Source of the DNA: Candidatus Caccovivens sp.
GTDB taxonomy: Bacteria > Bacillota > Clostridia > Christensenellales > UBA1242
NCBI GenBank assembly: GCA_045650745.1
Contig: JAZRRN010000043.1
Coordinates: 5,901-69,900, forward strand
Length of the DNA: 64,000 nt
Direction of reading: 5' to 3'
Position 1 is the stretch's first letter; each line of letters starts with the position of its first letter. Positions 56,319 to 64,000 of the stretch are shown one piece after another. The position numbers and the translations under genes are program-made. The notes under the pieces are model-generated. The model did no database searches and had not been told where the DNA came from. It was given only the letters and a program-made list of their open reading frames with translations.

Positions 56319-58100
56319 ATGAATATAAAAGAACAAATATCACAAATATTGACAAATGCAGCAAAAAAAATCGGTGTTGAAGAAGTTGACAAGTTGGTTG
56401 TTTCTTTTTCAAACAGACCAGAACTTTGCGATTTTCAAACAAACTTTGCAATGATTGTTTGCAAAACTCTTGGCAAAAAGCCGGTTGATGTTGCAAATGA
56501 CCTTGTTGCAGCTGTTGAAGAAGGCACAGGTTATGATTTTTCTGTGGCTATGCCTGGATTTATCAACATTGTTGTAAAAGACAAAACTTTGGCAGAATAT
56601 GCCGAATTTGTTTCTGCAGACAAAAATTGTGGCATCGAACAAGTTTCAAATCCACGCACAATTTTGTTTGATTATGGTGGCGCAAATGTTGCAAAAGAAT
56701 TGCATGTTGGTCACTTGAGATCACCAATTGTTGGCGAAGCACTCAAAAGATTGCATATTGCAATGGGAAACAAAACAATTTCCGATGTTCACTTGGGCGA
56801 TTTTGGTCTTCAAATGGGACTTACAATTTTGCAACTCCATTTGGACGGTTATATTGACAAGTTTTTTGAAGAAGGGGCAGACATCAAAAATCTTCCTTTG
56901 ACAAATGTTACTCTTGATGTTTTGAACGAAGAATATCCAAAAGCAAGCAAGAGAAAAGATGTTGACGAAGAGTTTAAGAAAACTGCTGACGAATATACTT
57001 TGTTTGTTCAACGACACAAAGAACCATATTGGACTATATATAATAAGATCAGATCGTTGTCTGTTGCCGAGATAGAAAAAAACTATACTTTGCTCAACAC
57101 AGAGTTTGATTATTATTATGGCGAAAGTGATGCAGACCCTGCAATCGAAGAAACTGTGCAAATGTTTATAGACCAAGGCCTTGCAAGAGAAAGCGAAGGG
57201 GCTTTGGTTGTTGATGTCGCAAGAGAAGGAGAACATATCCCAATCCCTAAAAAGAGTGAGGACGAGCCTCAAAGATACAAAAATCCTATGCCTCCAGCAA
57301 TCATCAAAAAATATAATGGTGGCGACTTGTATGCAACAACAGATATTGCAACAATTTTGATCAGAAACAGAGAGTTTAATCCTGATGAAATTGTTTATAT
57401 CACAGACAATCGTCAATCTGGACACTTCGAACAAGTTTTCCGTTGTAGCAAGCTTGCTGGAATTTCTCCAGAAAGTCAAAAACTTACTCATGTTGGTTTT
57501 GGCACAATGAATGGCAAAGATGGCAAACCATTCAAGACAAGGGCTGGTGGAGTTGTCAAATATAAAGATGTTGTTGATATGCTTGTTGAAAGTGCTGAAC
57601 AAAAACTTTCTTCAAATGGCATTGTAGGCGACAAAGAGCTCGCTCGCAGAATTGGTGTTGGTGCTATGAAGTTTGGTGACTTGTCAAACACTGTTGTCAA
57701 AGATTATGTGTTTGATGTGGACAAATTTTTGGCATTTGATGGCAAAACAGGACCATATATTCAATACACAATCGCTCGTATCAATTCAATTTTGACAAAA
57801 GCAAATGGACAAAATGGAAAGGTTGAAATCGAAAATGCTGATGAAAGAAACATTGTTTTGGCTGTTTTGAAACTCAACTCTTCTTATCAACTTTGCTATG
57901 ACAGTTATTCAATGAACTCACTTTGCTTGTCAGCTTTTGATTTGGCAAGTGCATTTTCAACTTTCTACAACAACCATCGCATCTTGTCAGAGACAAACGA
58001 AAGCAAAAAAGCAAGCATGTTGAGACTTTGCGAATTGGTCAAAAAATGCTTGGAAAAAGCGTTACACACACTTGGCATTGACAGTGTGGAAAAAATGTAA
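56319..58100 (+). CDS. argS: Arginine--tRNA ligase
   Basis: PGFIN, NVAKELHVGHLRS, HLGDFGLQMG, LYATTD, KPFKTRAG, TGPYIQY. Start refined to ATG 56319. Confidence 0.97.
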   Translation: MNIKEQISQILTNAAKKIGVEEVDKLVVSFSNRPELCDFQTNFAMIVCKTLGKKPVDVANDLVAAVEEGTGYDFSVAMPGFINIVVKDKTLAEYAEFVSADKNCGIEQVSNPRTILFDYGGANVAKELHVGHLRSPIVGEALKRLHIAMGNKTISDVHLGDFGLQMGLTILQLHLDGYIDKFFEEGADIKNLPLTNVTLDVLNEEYPKASKRKDVDEEFKKTADEYTLFVQRHKEPYWTIYNKIRSLSVAEIEKNYTLLNTEFDYYYGESDADPAIEETVQMFIDQGLARESEGALVVDVAREGEHIPIPKKSEDEPQRYKNPMPPAIIKKYNGGDLYATTDIATILIRNREFNPDEIVYITDNRQSGHFEQVFRCSKLAGISPESQKLTHVGFGTMNGKDGKPFKTRAGGVVKYKDVVDMLVESAEQKLSSNGIVGDKELARRIGVGAMKFGDLSNTVVKDYVFDVDKFLAFDGKTGPYIQYTIARINSILTKANGQNGKVEIENADERNIVLAVLKLNSSYQLCYDSYSMNSLCLSAFDLASAFSTFYNNHRILSETNESKKASMLRLCELVKKCLEKALHTLGIDSVEKM

Positions 58101-58268
58101 AAACCCCACTTTTCCCCACTTTTTGTCAAAAAATATTAAAATCGCTATACTTCCCTGAAATAAAGGTGAAAAATTAGTCAAAAAATTTTTGAAAAAAGGT
58201 ATTTACAAATCAAAAGTTTTGTGATAAGATATGGACAAGTGAGAAGAAAAAACACACGGAGGTGTTAT

Positions 58269-58490
58269 ATGAATAATAAGACAAACATAAATGAAATTGC
58301 AGAAGATAAAACAATTTTCGTTTTGGACGGCGATAAAGAATATGTTGTTGCTATCACTCCAGACGGAACAAAATCTCGCATTGACTGGAAGGACATCGGA
58401 TCTATCGAAGATTTGATGGCTGCTTATGAAGCTGGTGAATCTGTGCCAAGAAATGTAAAACCTGAAAAGGTTACTGAAATGGGCAGATAA
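58269..58490 (+). CDS. Small acidic hypothetical protein
   Basis: GGAGGTG Shine-Dalgarno before ATG 58269, TTTACA-N17-TAAGAT promoter upstream, terminator downstream. Confidence 0.75.
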   Translation: MNNKTNINEIAEDKTIFVLDGDKEYVVAITPDGTKSRIDWKDIGSIEDLMAAYEAGESVPRNVKPEKVTEMGR

Positions 58491-58511
58491 TTTTTGAATG
58501 TTTGTTTTTTG

Positions 58512-58543
58512 AAAAATATCGCAGTTTTTGCGATATTTTTTTT
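58512..58543 (+). terminator. Intrinsic terminator
   Basis: AAAAATATCGCA-GTTTT-TGCGATATTTTT. Confidence 0.8.
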
Positions 58544-58610
58544 GTTTTTGTTTTGAAAAAGGTGCATTTTATGTTAAAATATAATCGTATAATAAGTTTG
58601 TGGAGTTTGT

Positions 58611-58880
58611 ATGAGAAAGTATCAATTTGTGTACCCAGCTATTTTTGTTAAAGATGAAGACGGATCATATCAAGTGGTTTTCCCTGATTTGGAAATTTTT
58701 ACAAATGGAAAAGACTTGTCAGAAGCATTTCTTTCAGCAAAAGATTTGTTGTCAGTTTACTTTGCTTATGCAGTAAAATATGAAACAGATTTCAACAAAC
58801 CAACAAAACTTGAGTTGCTTCTTCCAAAGTGCAGAACCAACGAAACAGTGATGTATGTTGATGCAGTTGTAGAAAGATAA
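58611..58880 (+). CDS. hicB: HicB-like antitoxin-domain protein (orphan)
   Basis: YPAIF..DEDGSY.V.FPDL...T.G..L.EA...AKD.L, with no C-terminal DNA-binding domain. Confidence 0.82.
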   Translation: MRKYQFVYPAIFVKDEDGSYQVVFPDLEIFTNGKDLSEAFLSAKDLLSVYFAYAVKYETDFNKPTKLELLLPKCRTNETVMYVDAVVER

Positions 58881-58892
58881 AACAAAACGATG

Positions 58893-58916
58893 GCCACAAG
58901 CAATTGTGGCTTTTTT
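58893..58916 (+). terminator. Intrinsic terminator after hicB
   Basis: GCCACAA-GCAA-TTGTGGC followed by T6. Confidence 0.8.
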
Positions 58917-58951
58917 GTTGCAAAAATCTTGGGCAAAATTTATAAAAATAC

Positions 58952-58980
58952 TTGACTTACACGGACCCGTGTGCTATATT
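58952..58980 (+). promoter_or_regulatory. Sigma-A promoter of rpmG-secE-nusG with a palindromic spacer
   Basis: TTGACT-N17-TATATT. The spacer contains ACACGG-AC-CCGTGT. Confidence 0.8.
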
Positions 58981-59032
58981 ATATACGACACTTCTGCAAA
59001 GGGTGTTAGTTTTTTTGTTAGGAGATATTAAA

Positions 59033-59194
59033 ATGGCAGCACCAAAACGTAAAATCATTACACTTGAATGCACAGAATGTAAAGAAAGAAACTATTCTAC
59101 AGAAAAGAATACTTCTGCAAATGCTGAAAGAATTGAAATTAGCAAATACTGTCCAAAATGCAACAAGCGTACAAAACATAAAGAAACAAAGTAA
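59033..59194 (+). CDS. rpmG: 50S ribosomal protein L33 (Zn-binding form)
   Basis: [13 protein letters not shown]...[16 protein letters not shown]. Start refined to ATG 59033. Confidence 0.96.
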   Translation: MAAPKRKIITLECTECKERNYSTEKNTSANAERIEISKYCPKCNKRTKHKETK

Positions 59195-59248
59195 TTTTTG
59201 ATTTCTTTGATTTGCATGGGCAAATCGCATAAAAATTTGGAGGGACTT

Positions 59249-59608
59249 ATGTCTAAAAAGCAAAAAGTTGAAAACAATCAAACAGAAGAAGTTGTTGTTG
59301 ATGAACAAGTTGTAGAAGTTGCTGAAACTTCTAAGAAGAAATCTGAAAAGGTTGTTGAAAACAAAAACAAGAAAGATAATAAAAATTCCAAAGACAACAA
59401 GAAAAAAGACAAGAAGAAAGAAAAGAAAGGTGGAATTGGCAAAAAGGTTAGAGAAACTGCTTCCGAACTTAAAAAAGTTACTTGGCCAACTTTTGGCGAA
59501 GTTGTCAAGAAGACAGGAATCGTTGTTTCGTTTGTAATCATTTTTGGACTTTTCTTGTATGGCATAAATGCACTTCTTGGCTGGCTTGTTTCTCTTTTGG
59601 CAGGCTAA
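59249..59608 (+). CDS. secE: Preprotein translocase SecE with a long charged N-terminus
   Basis: SELKKVTWPT followed by a single TM, between rpmG and nusG. Start refined to ATG 59249. Confidence 0.93.
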   Translation: MSKKQKVENNQTEEVVVDEQVVEVAETSKKKSEKVVENKNKKDNKNSKDNKKKDKKKEKKGGIGKKVRETASELKKVTWPTFGEVVKKTGIVVSFVIIFGLFLYGINALLGWLVSLLAG

Positions 59609-59651
59609 TTTAGGCAAAGGCGAAAGTATTCATTTTTTGAAGGAGAGATTT

Positions 59652-60179
59652 ATGGAACATTCAAGCGAACCTAAATGGTATGTGCTTCACACATTTTCTG
59701 GATATGAAAATGTTGCAAAGGAAAATCTTGAAACTGTTGTAAAGAAATTCCATCTTGAAGATAGAATTTTTGAAATGGTTATTCCAGAAGAAAGCGTTAT
59801 CGAAGAAAAGAATGGCAAGAAAAAACTTGTTACAAGAAAGAGTATGCCTTGCTACCTTTTGGTTAAGATGATTTATGGTGATGACCTTTGGCACAATATT
59901 ACAAACACTCGTGGCATCACAGGGTTTGTAGGTCCAAAAGGAAGACCTTTGGCTCTTACTGAAGAAGAAGTTATGAAGATGAGACTTGAAAAGATCAAAG
60001 TCGAAACTGACATCGAAGTTGGAGACAAGGTTGAAATTGTTGAAGGACCACTTGATAAGATGGTGGGTGATGTAGTTTCTGTAAACGCAGAAGCTGGCAT
60101 TGTTACTGTTTCAGTTGAAATGTTTGGAAGAGAAAACAATGTCGAACTTGAATTTGGACAAGTTCACAAAATCAACTAA
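59652..60179 (+). CDS. nusG: Transcription termination/antitermination factor NusG
   Basis: KWYVLHTFSGYE, TRGITGFVG, KOW domain, MFGRE. Start refined to ATG 59652. Confidence 0.97.
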   Translation: MEHSSEPKWYVLHTFSGYENVAKENLETVVKKFHLEDRIFEMVIPEESVIEEKNGKKKLVTRKSMPCYLLVKMIYGDDLWHNITNTRGITGFVGPKGRPLALTEEEVMKMRLEKIKVETDIEVGDKVEIVEGPLDKMVGDVVSVNAEAGIVTVSVEMFGRENNVELEFGQVHKIN

Positions 60180-60290
60180 AAATCGGTATTTTCGATTGTT
60201 TTGCAACAGCAACTTGCAAAATGCTCGACAATATATATGAGAGCAATCTCAACAAAAATTTGTCCGTCACGACATTAAACTGTCAAATTT

Positions 60291-60326
60291 TGTGGCAGGG
60301 TCATGCCTAGACTCAATACGACCACA
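60291..60326 (+). promoter_or_regulatory. Putative L1-binding autoregulatory RNA leader of rplK-rplA
   Basis: Outer stem TGTGG/CCACA and inner stem GGGTC/GACTC with an internal loop, immediately before the AGGAGG of rplK. Confidence 0.55.
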
Positions 60327-60340
60327 TTAGGAGGAATAAA

Positions 60341-60766
60341 ATGGCAAAAAAAGTAAAAGCAGTTGTTAAATTGCAACTCGAAGCGGGCAAAGCCACTCCA
60401 GGACCACCAGTAGGATCTTCACTTGGACCTCATGGTATCAACATCGCTGGCTTTGTAAAAGAATTCAACGACAAAACCGCTCAACAAGCAGGGTTTATCA
60501 TTCCTGTTGTGATCACTATCTATGAAGATAGAAGCTTCACATTCGAATTGAAGACACCACCTGCAGCAGTACTTATCAAAAAGGCAATTGGTCTTGATAA
60601 AGGTTCTGCAAAACCAAACAAATCAAAAGTCGGAAAAATCACAAAAGAACAGATTAGAAAGATTGCCGAACAAAAAATGGCAGACTTGAATGCTGCATCT
60701 GTTGAAAGTGCTATGTCTATGATCGCTGGATCAGCAAGAAGCATGGGCGTAGAAGTTGTGGACTAA
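60341..60766 (+). CDS. rplK: 50S ribosomal protein L11
   Basis: [29 protein letters not shown]. Confidence 0.98.
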   Translation: MAKKVKAVVKLQLEAGKATPGPPVGSSLGPHGINIAGFVKEFNDKTAQQAGFIIPVVITIYEDRSFTFELKTPPAAVLIKKAIGLDKGSAKPNKSKVGKITKEQIRKIAEQKMADLNAASVESAMSMIAGSARSMGVEVVD

Positions 60767-60778
60767 TAGAGGTGAATT

Positions 60779-61462
60779 ATGAACAAAGGTAAAAGATATG
60801 TAAAGAGCCTTGAAAGTTTTGACAAAAACGCTAGTTTCGAACTTGACAATGCACTTGAAAACGTTCTTGCAACATCAACAGCAAAGTTTGACGAAACAAT
60901 CGAATTGCACGTTAGACTTGGCGTTGACGGAAGAAATGCAGATCAACAAGTTCGTGGCGTAGTTGTTCTTCCAAACGGAACAGGTAAATCTGTAAGAGTT
61001 CTTGTTATTGCAAAGGGCGACAAAGCAGACGAAGCTCAAAAAGCTGGTGCTGATTTTGTAGGCGCTGAAGATATGGTAACAAAGATCAACGGTGGATGGT
61101 TGGATTTTGATGTATGTATCACAACTCCAGATATGATGGGTGTTGTTGGTAGAATCGCTAGAATCCTTGGACCAAAAGGCTTGATGCCAAATCCAAAGAG
61201 TGGTACTGTTACTACAGATGTAACAAAAGCTATCAACGATGTTAAAGCCGGAAAAGTTGAATATAGATTGGACAAAACAAACAATGTTCACGTAATCATC
61301 GGCAAGAAGAGCTTTGGCAAGGAAAAACTTGCTGAAAACTTCACAACAATTATGGACGCAATTGTTAAGGCTAAACCAGCTGCTGCAAAAGGTCAATATA
61401 TCAAGAGTGTTACATTGGCTTCAACAATGGGCCCTGGTGTTAAAGTAACTTATAATATTTAA
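60779..61462 (+). CDS. rplA: 50S ribosomal protein L1
   Basis: [35 protein letters not shown]. Confidence 0.98.
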   Translation: MNKGKRYVKSLESFDKNASFELDNALENVLATSTAKFDETIELHVRLGVDGRNADQQVRGVVVLPNGTGKSVRVLVIAKGDKADEAQKAGADFVGAEDMVTKINGGWLDFDVCITTPDMMGVVGRIARILGPKGLMPNPKSGTVTTDVTKAINDVKAGKVEYRLDKTNNVHVIIGKKSFGKEKLAENFTTIMDAIVKAKPAAAKGQYIKSVTLASTMGPGVKVTYNI

Positions 61463-61470
61463 GTTTAAGT

Positions 61471-61492
61471 AAAGCAGGTGCCCACCTGCTTT
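61471..61492 (+). terminator. Terminator-like hairpin after rplA
   Basis: AAAGCAGGTG-CC-CACCTGCTTT. Confidence 0.65.
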
Positions 61493-61727
61493 ATGTCTTT
61501 TTATAGACCAAACACTTGTGGGCAACAAAAGATGTCAATTGTGGTTTGCTTATGCAAAAAACAAGCGATTTCGACAAGAAAAGTGATATTGTTTTTGCAT
61601 AGTTGCAAAACACATTCGCACAATACTTATAAATTTGACTTTGGTCAATTGTTTTGATTGACTTGCAGTCTAAAATTAAGATAAAATAATCTATGTATAT
61701 AGACTATTTAATAGGAGATTTTACTTT

Positions 61728-64000
61728 ATGAAAGATAAAAGAAAAAATCATTCAGCAATTTTTAGAGGAGCAGTTGTAGCCGTAGCATTTGCTTTGGCTG
61801 TGCTTTGCGTGCCTTTCAACGAAATGTTGGCTTTGGCATCTTTGTCTCAATACACTGATTTCACTTATATGACAATCGGCACAGTATCTGACGAAGTTGA
61901 AACAACAGTCACAAAAGGCGATGTATACTATGTTCCATTTGCTTACATTGGTGGAGATGAAACATTGAAAGTTGGCGACACTTCAAACAAAGATTTGGGC
62001 AGCGCAACAATCAAATCTTCTTCAGTTACTGTAAACTATGGCACATCAACAATCGCAGTTGACAGAACAGGAACAGAAATCCCAGCTGGCGCATCAGTTA
62101 CTGCAGAAGAAATTTACGGAACATTCCGTCCACAAAAAGCAGGAACATACACAATCACATATTCTTATCAATATGAAGTTGGTGGAAAAACATACACAAA
62201 CACATATTCAATGAAGGTGAAGAGCGAACTTTCAGACGCTTCAATCAACTTTGTTGCAAATGACCAAAATGTTATTCCAGAAGTAGTTGATCTTTCTCTT
62301 GCAGGAGATGACTTCAAGCTTTACCTTCCAACTCCAGAAGTTAAAGATGAAAATGGTGAAGTGAAAGAAGTTGCTTTTGTTAAAACACTTTCAGAAGCTA
62401 CTGCTGGTGGAGAAAAAGTTCATGTGACAGTTGCTGGTGGTGCAGCAGGCGAAATGACACTTGGTGAAGATGAAAGAGGCTATTATATTACTAAAGCCGA
62501 CATCACAGGACCAAATGGTGGAACTGGCAAATATACAGTTAAATATGACTACTACACAAACGGACACTTTGTTACATCAACAACAAAGTCTACAACAATC
62601 AAAGAATCTTACTACAAAGATTATGAAATTCAACTTCAACTTAATTCACCTTGGAAGAAAACTGATGGCGAAGTTGGTGTTGCAAGATCATTGCCAACAG
62701 CTGGAGCAATCACAAAAACAGATTCAACTCCATCTGAAGAAGCAGTTGCAGTTTCATATTCAGTAGAAGTTTACTACAGTGCAGTTGATTCAACAGCTTC
62801 TTATACAAAGCTTGATGCTGCAAAATATGCTGATGTATTGAATGCAGACGGAACTTTGAAAGATCCAACAGAATTCAAGCCATTGGAAAATGGTTGGTAT
62901 TCATTTGTTTACAAAGTTACAGACATTTATGGAAAGACAGCATCTTCTACAGTTGGTGCTTATGAATGGGAAGATGTAAAAGATTCTACAGCTCCAAAAG
63001 CAATCGTTTATGATGCATCTGTAGAACTTGAAGCAGATGAAAAATACACAGATGAAGCATACAAACTTGCTTCAAGAACACTTCCAAACAGCGTTGTTGT
63101 TTATGCCGTAGGCATTGAAGACAATGTTGAATCAATGGAAGGTGTTACACTTACAAGAAAGATCTTTGACAGCTCTTCAACTTTGAAAGCAGAAATCAAA
63201 GATTTTGATCAATACAACTTGATTTTCAACTATAGAGCAACAGACACAACAAACTTTGATGATGCTCACGAAAATCTTTACACAAACAACTATCTTATCA
63301 GACATGCAATCGACAAAGACGGTGCAGCACACACAAATGATGCTGAAATGCTTGCATGGTTGAAAGAAAACAACTATCGTATCGTTGTTGACAACAACAA
63401 CTACGCACACCTCTATGACATCTTTGCTGATCAAATCGCAGCATTGGATGCAGTAGAAAAAGACAATGCTCTTGACTGGTTCAAAGGCGCAGCTGCAAAA
63501 GATGCAGGTTTTGCTTATATTGATATGGACAAGACATTTGGTGCAACATCTGCTGATGGCGGAATGGGCACAGGCACATACTATATCCACTACATTGCAA
63601 TGGATAAAGCTGGAAACGAAAGCACAGCTAAGAGCCAATCAATGTATGTTACAACAACAGAAGATATGGATATGCCAACATTTACTGTTGCGACAAAACT
63701 TGAAACATCATATTTGCCAACAGCAACTGTTAAATTTGACGCTCCCACAGCAGCAGACAACAGTTCTGACAACAACATGTTTGTAAGAACATTGTATCGT
63801 GCACTTGACAAAAATGGTGCAATCATTGCGGTTGCTGATGCTGAAGGCGCTGCAATCTCAACAGAAAACTTGTCACAAGTTTCTGCAGATTGGACACTCA
63901 AGTCAGCAAAAGAAGACAATGTTGCATTGACAACAAAATATGCAGATTACCTTACAAATGGTGCTGCAGGATATGTAGATTTGACAAACGCAGAATCAAA
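61728..64000 (+). CDS. Large secreted Ig-like repeat surface protein, 3'-truncated (not in the ORF track)
   Basis: AGGAG Shine-Dalgarno, then ATG 61728 (MKDKRKNHSAIFRGAVVAVAFALAVLCVPF...), and the frame is open to the window end. Ig/HYR-like motifs AGTYTITYSY, GKYTVKY, GWYSFVYKVTDIYG, DSTAP, GTYYIHYIAMDKAGNES. Confidence 0.85.
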   Translation, partial: MKDKRKNHSAIFRGAVVAVAFALAVLCVPFNEMLALASLSQYTDFTYMTIGTVSDEVETTVTKGDVYYVPFAYIGGDETLKVGDTSNKDLGSATIKSSSVTVNYGTSTIAVDRTGTEIPAGASVTAEEIYGTFRPQKAGTYTITYSYQYEVGGKTYTNTYSMKVKSELSDASINFVANDQNVIPEVVDLSLAGDDFKLYLPTPEVKDENGEVKEVAFVKTLSEATAGGEKVHVTVAGGAAGEMTLGEDERGYYITKADITGPNGGTGKYTVKYDYYTNGHFVTSTTKSTTIKESYYKDYEIQLQLNSPWKKTDGEVGVARSLPTAGAITKTDSTPSEEAVAVSYSVEVYYSAVDSTASYTKLDAAKYADVLNADGTLKDPTEFKPLENGWYSFVYKVTDIYGKTASSTVGAYEWEDVKDSTAPKAIVYDASVELEADEKYTDEAYKLASRTLPNSVVVYAVGIEDNVESMEGVTLTRKIFDSSSTLKAEIKDFDQYNLIFNYRATDTTNFDDAHENLYTNNYLIRHAIDKDGAAHTNDAEMLAWLKENNYRIVVDNNNYAHLYDIFADQIAALDAVEKDNALDWFKGAAAKDAGFAYIDMDKTFGATSADGGMGTGTYYIHYIAMDKAGNESTAKSQSMYVTTTEDMDMPTFTVATKLETSYLPTATVKFDAPTAADNSSDNNMFVRTLYRALDKNGAIIAVADAEGAAISTENLSQVSADWTLKSAKEDNVALTTKYADYLTNGAAGYVDLTNAES

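Noticed and set aside
56721-57602. 293-aa antisense ORF inside argS (and similar ones at 53914-54699, 13675-14289, 35424-36053 and 59018-59617)
   Set aside because: Explained by the scarcity of TTA/CTA codons in sense genes, which removes antisense stops. No protein features.
58221-58490. Possible HicA toxin upstream of hicB
   Set aside because: The protein is acidic, lacks the GSH motif and basic dsRBD-like character, and is separated from hicB by a terminator.
61471-61492. AGCAGGTG...CCTGC resemblance to the L10 leader stem
   Set aside because: The flanking leader elements and rplJ are absent. A simple terminator-like hairpin is sufficient.
62461-63919. Short ORF-track entries in the last 1.5 kb
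   Set aside because: They are out-of-frame or antisense to the long ORF that starts at 61728 and runs off the window.

Overview
Low-GC chromosomal window from a bacterium that looks like a spore-forming Bacillota/Clostridia member (spmAB, SpoVB-like flippase, RicT/YaaT, rpmG-secE-nusG-rplK-rplA order). Almost all genes are on the + strand. About 28 kb of the 64 kb encodes three very large beta-rich surface proteins: one 5'-truncated (>2400 aa), one complete (6166 aa) and one 3'-truncated (>750 aa, missing from the ORF track). They are interspersed with housekeeping genes: typA, dnaB, gltX, trpS, uppP, a Ca-type P-ATPase, holB-ricT-methyltransferase, tatD-rsmA, rplI, HU, dusB, pgk-tpiA, dnaX-ybaB-recR, argS and ribosomal genes. 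Main observations: (1) dnaX is split at an A9 run, and a tau-like C-terminal domain lies in the -1 frame, suggesting programmed recoding. (2) A ~0.9 kb divergent XRE-repressor/membrane-protein cassette is bracketed by two identical 27-bp palindromes and carries two matching operators. (3) Five genes have a -10 hexamer exactly 6 nt before the start codon, implying leaderless mRNAs. (4) TpiA and HU are divergent. (5) Several conserved operons lack their usual members. No rRNA, tRNA, CRISPR array, transposase or integrase was seen. All calls come from motif recognition by eye; no database searches were run.
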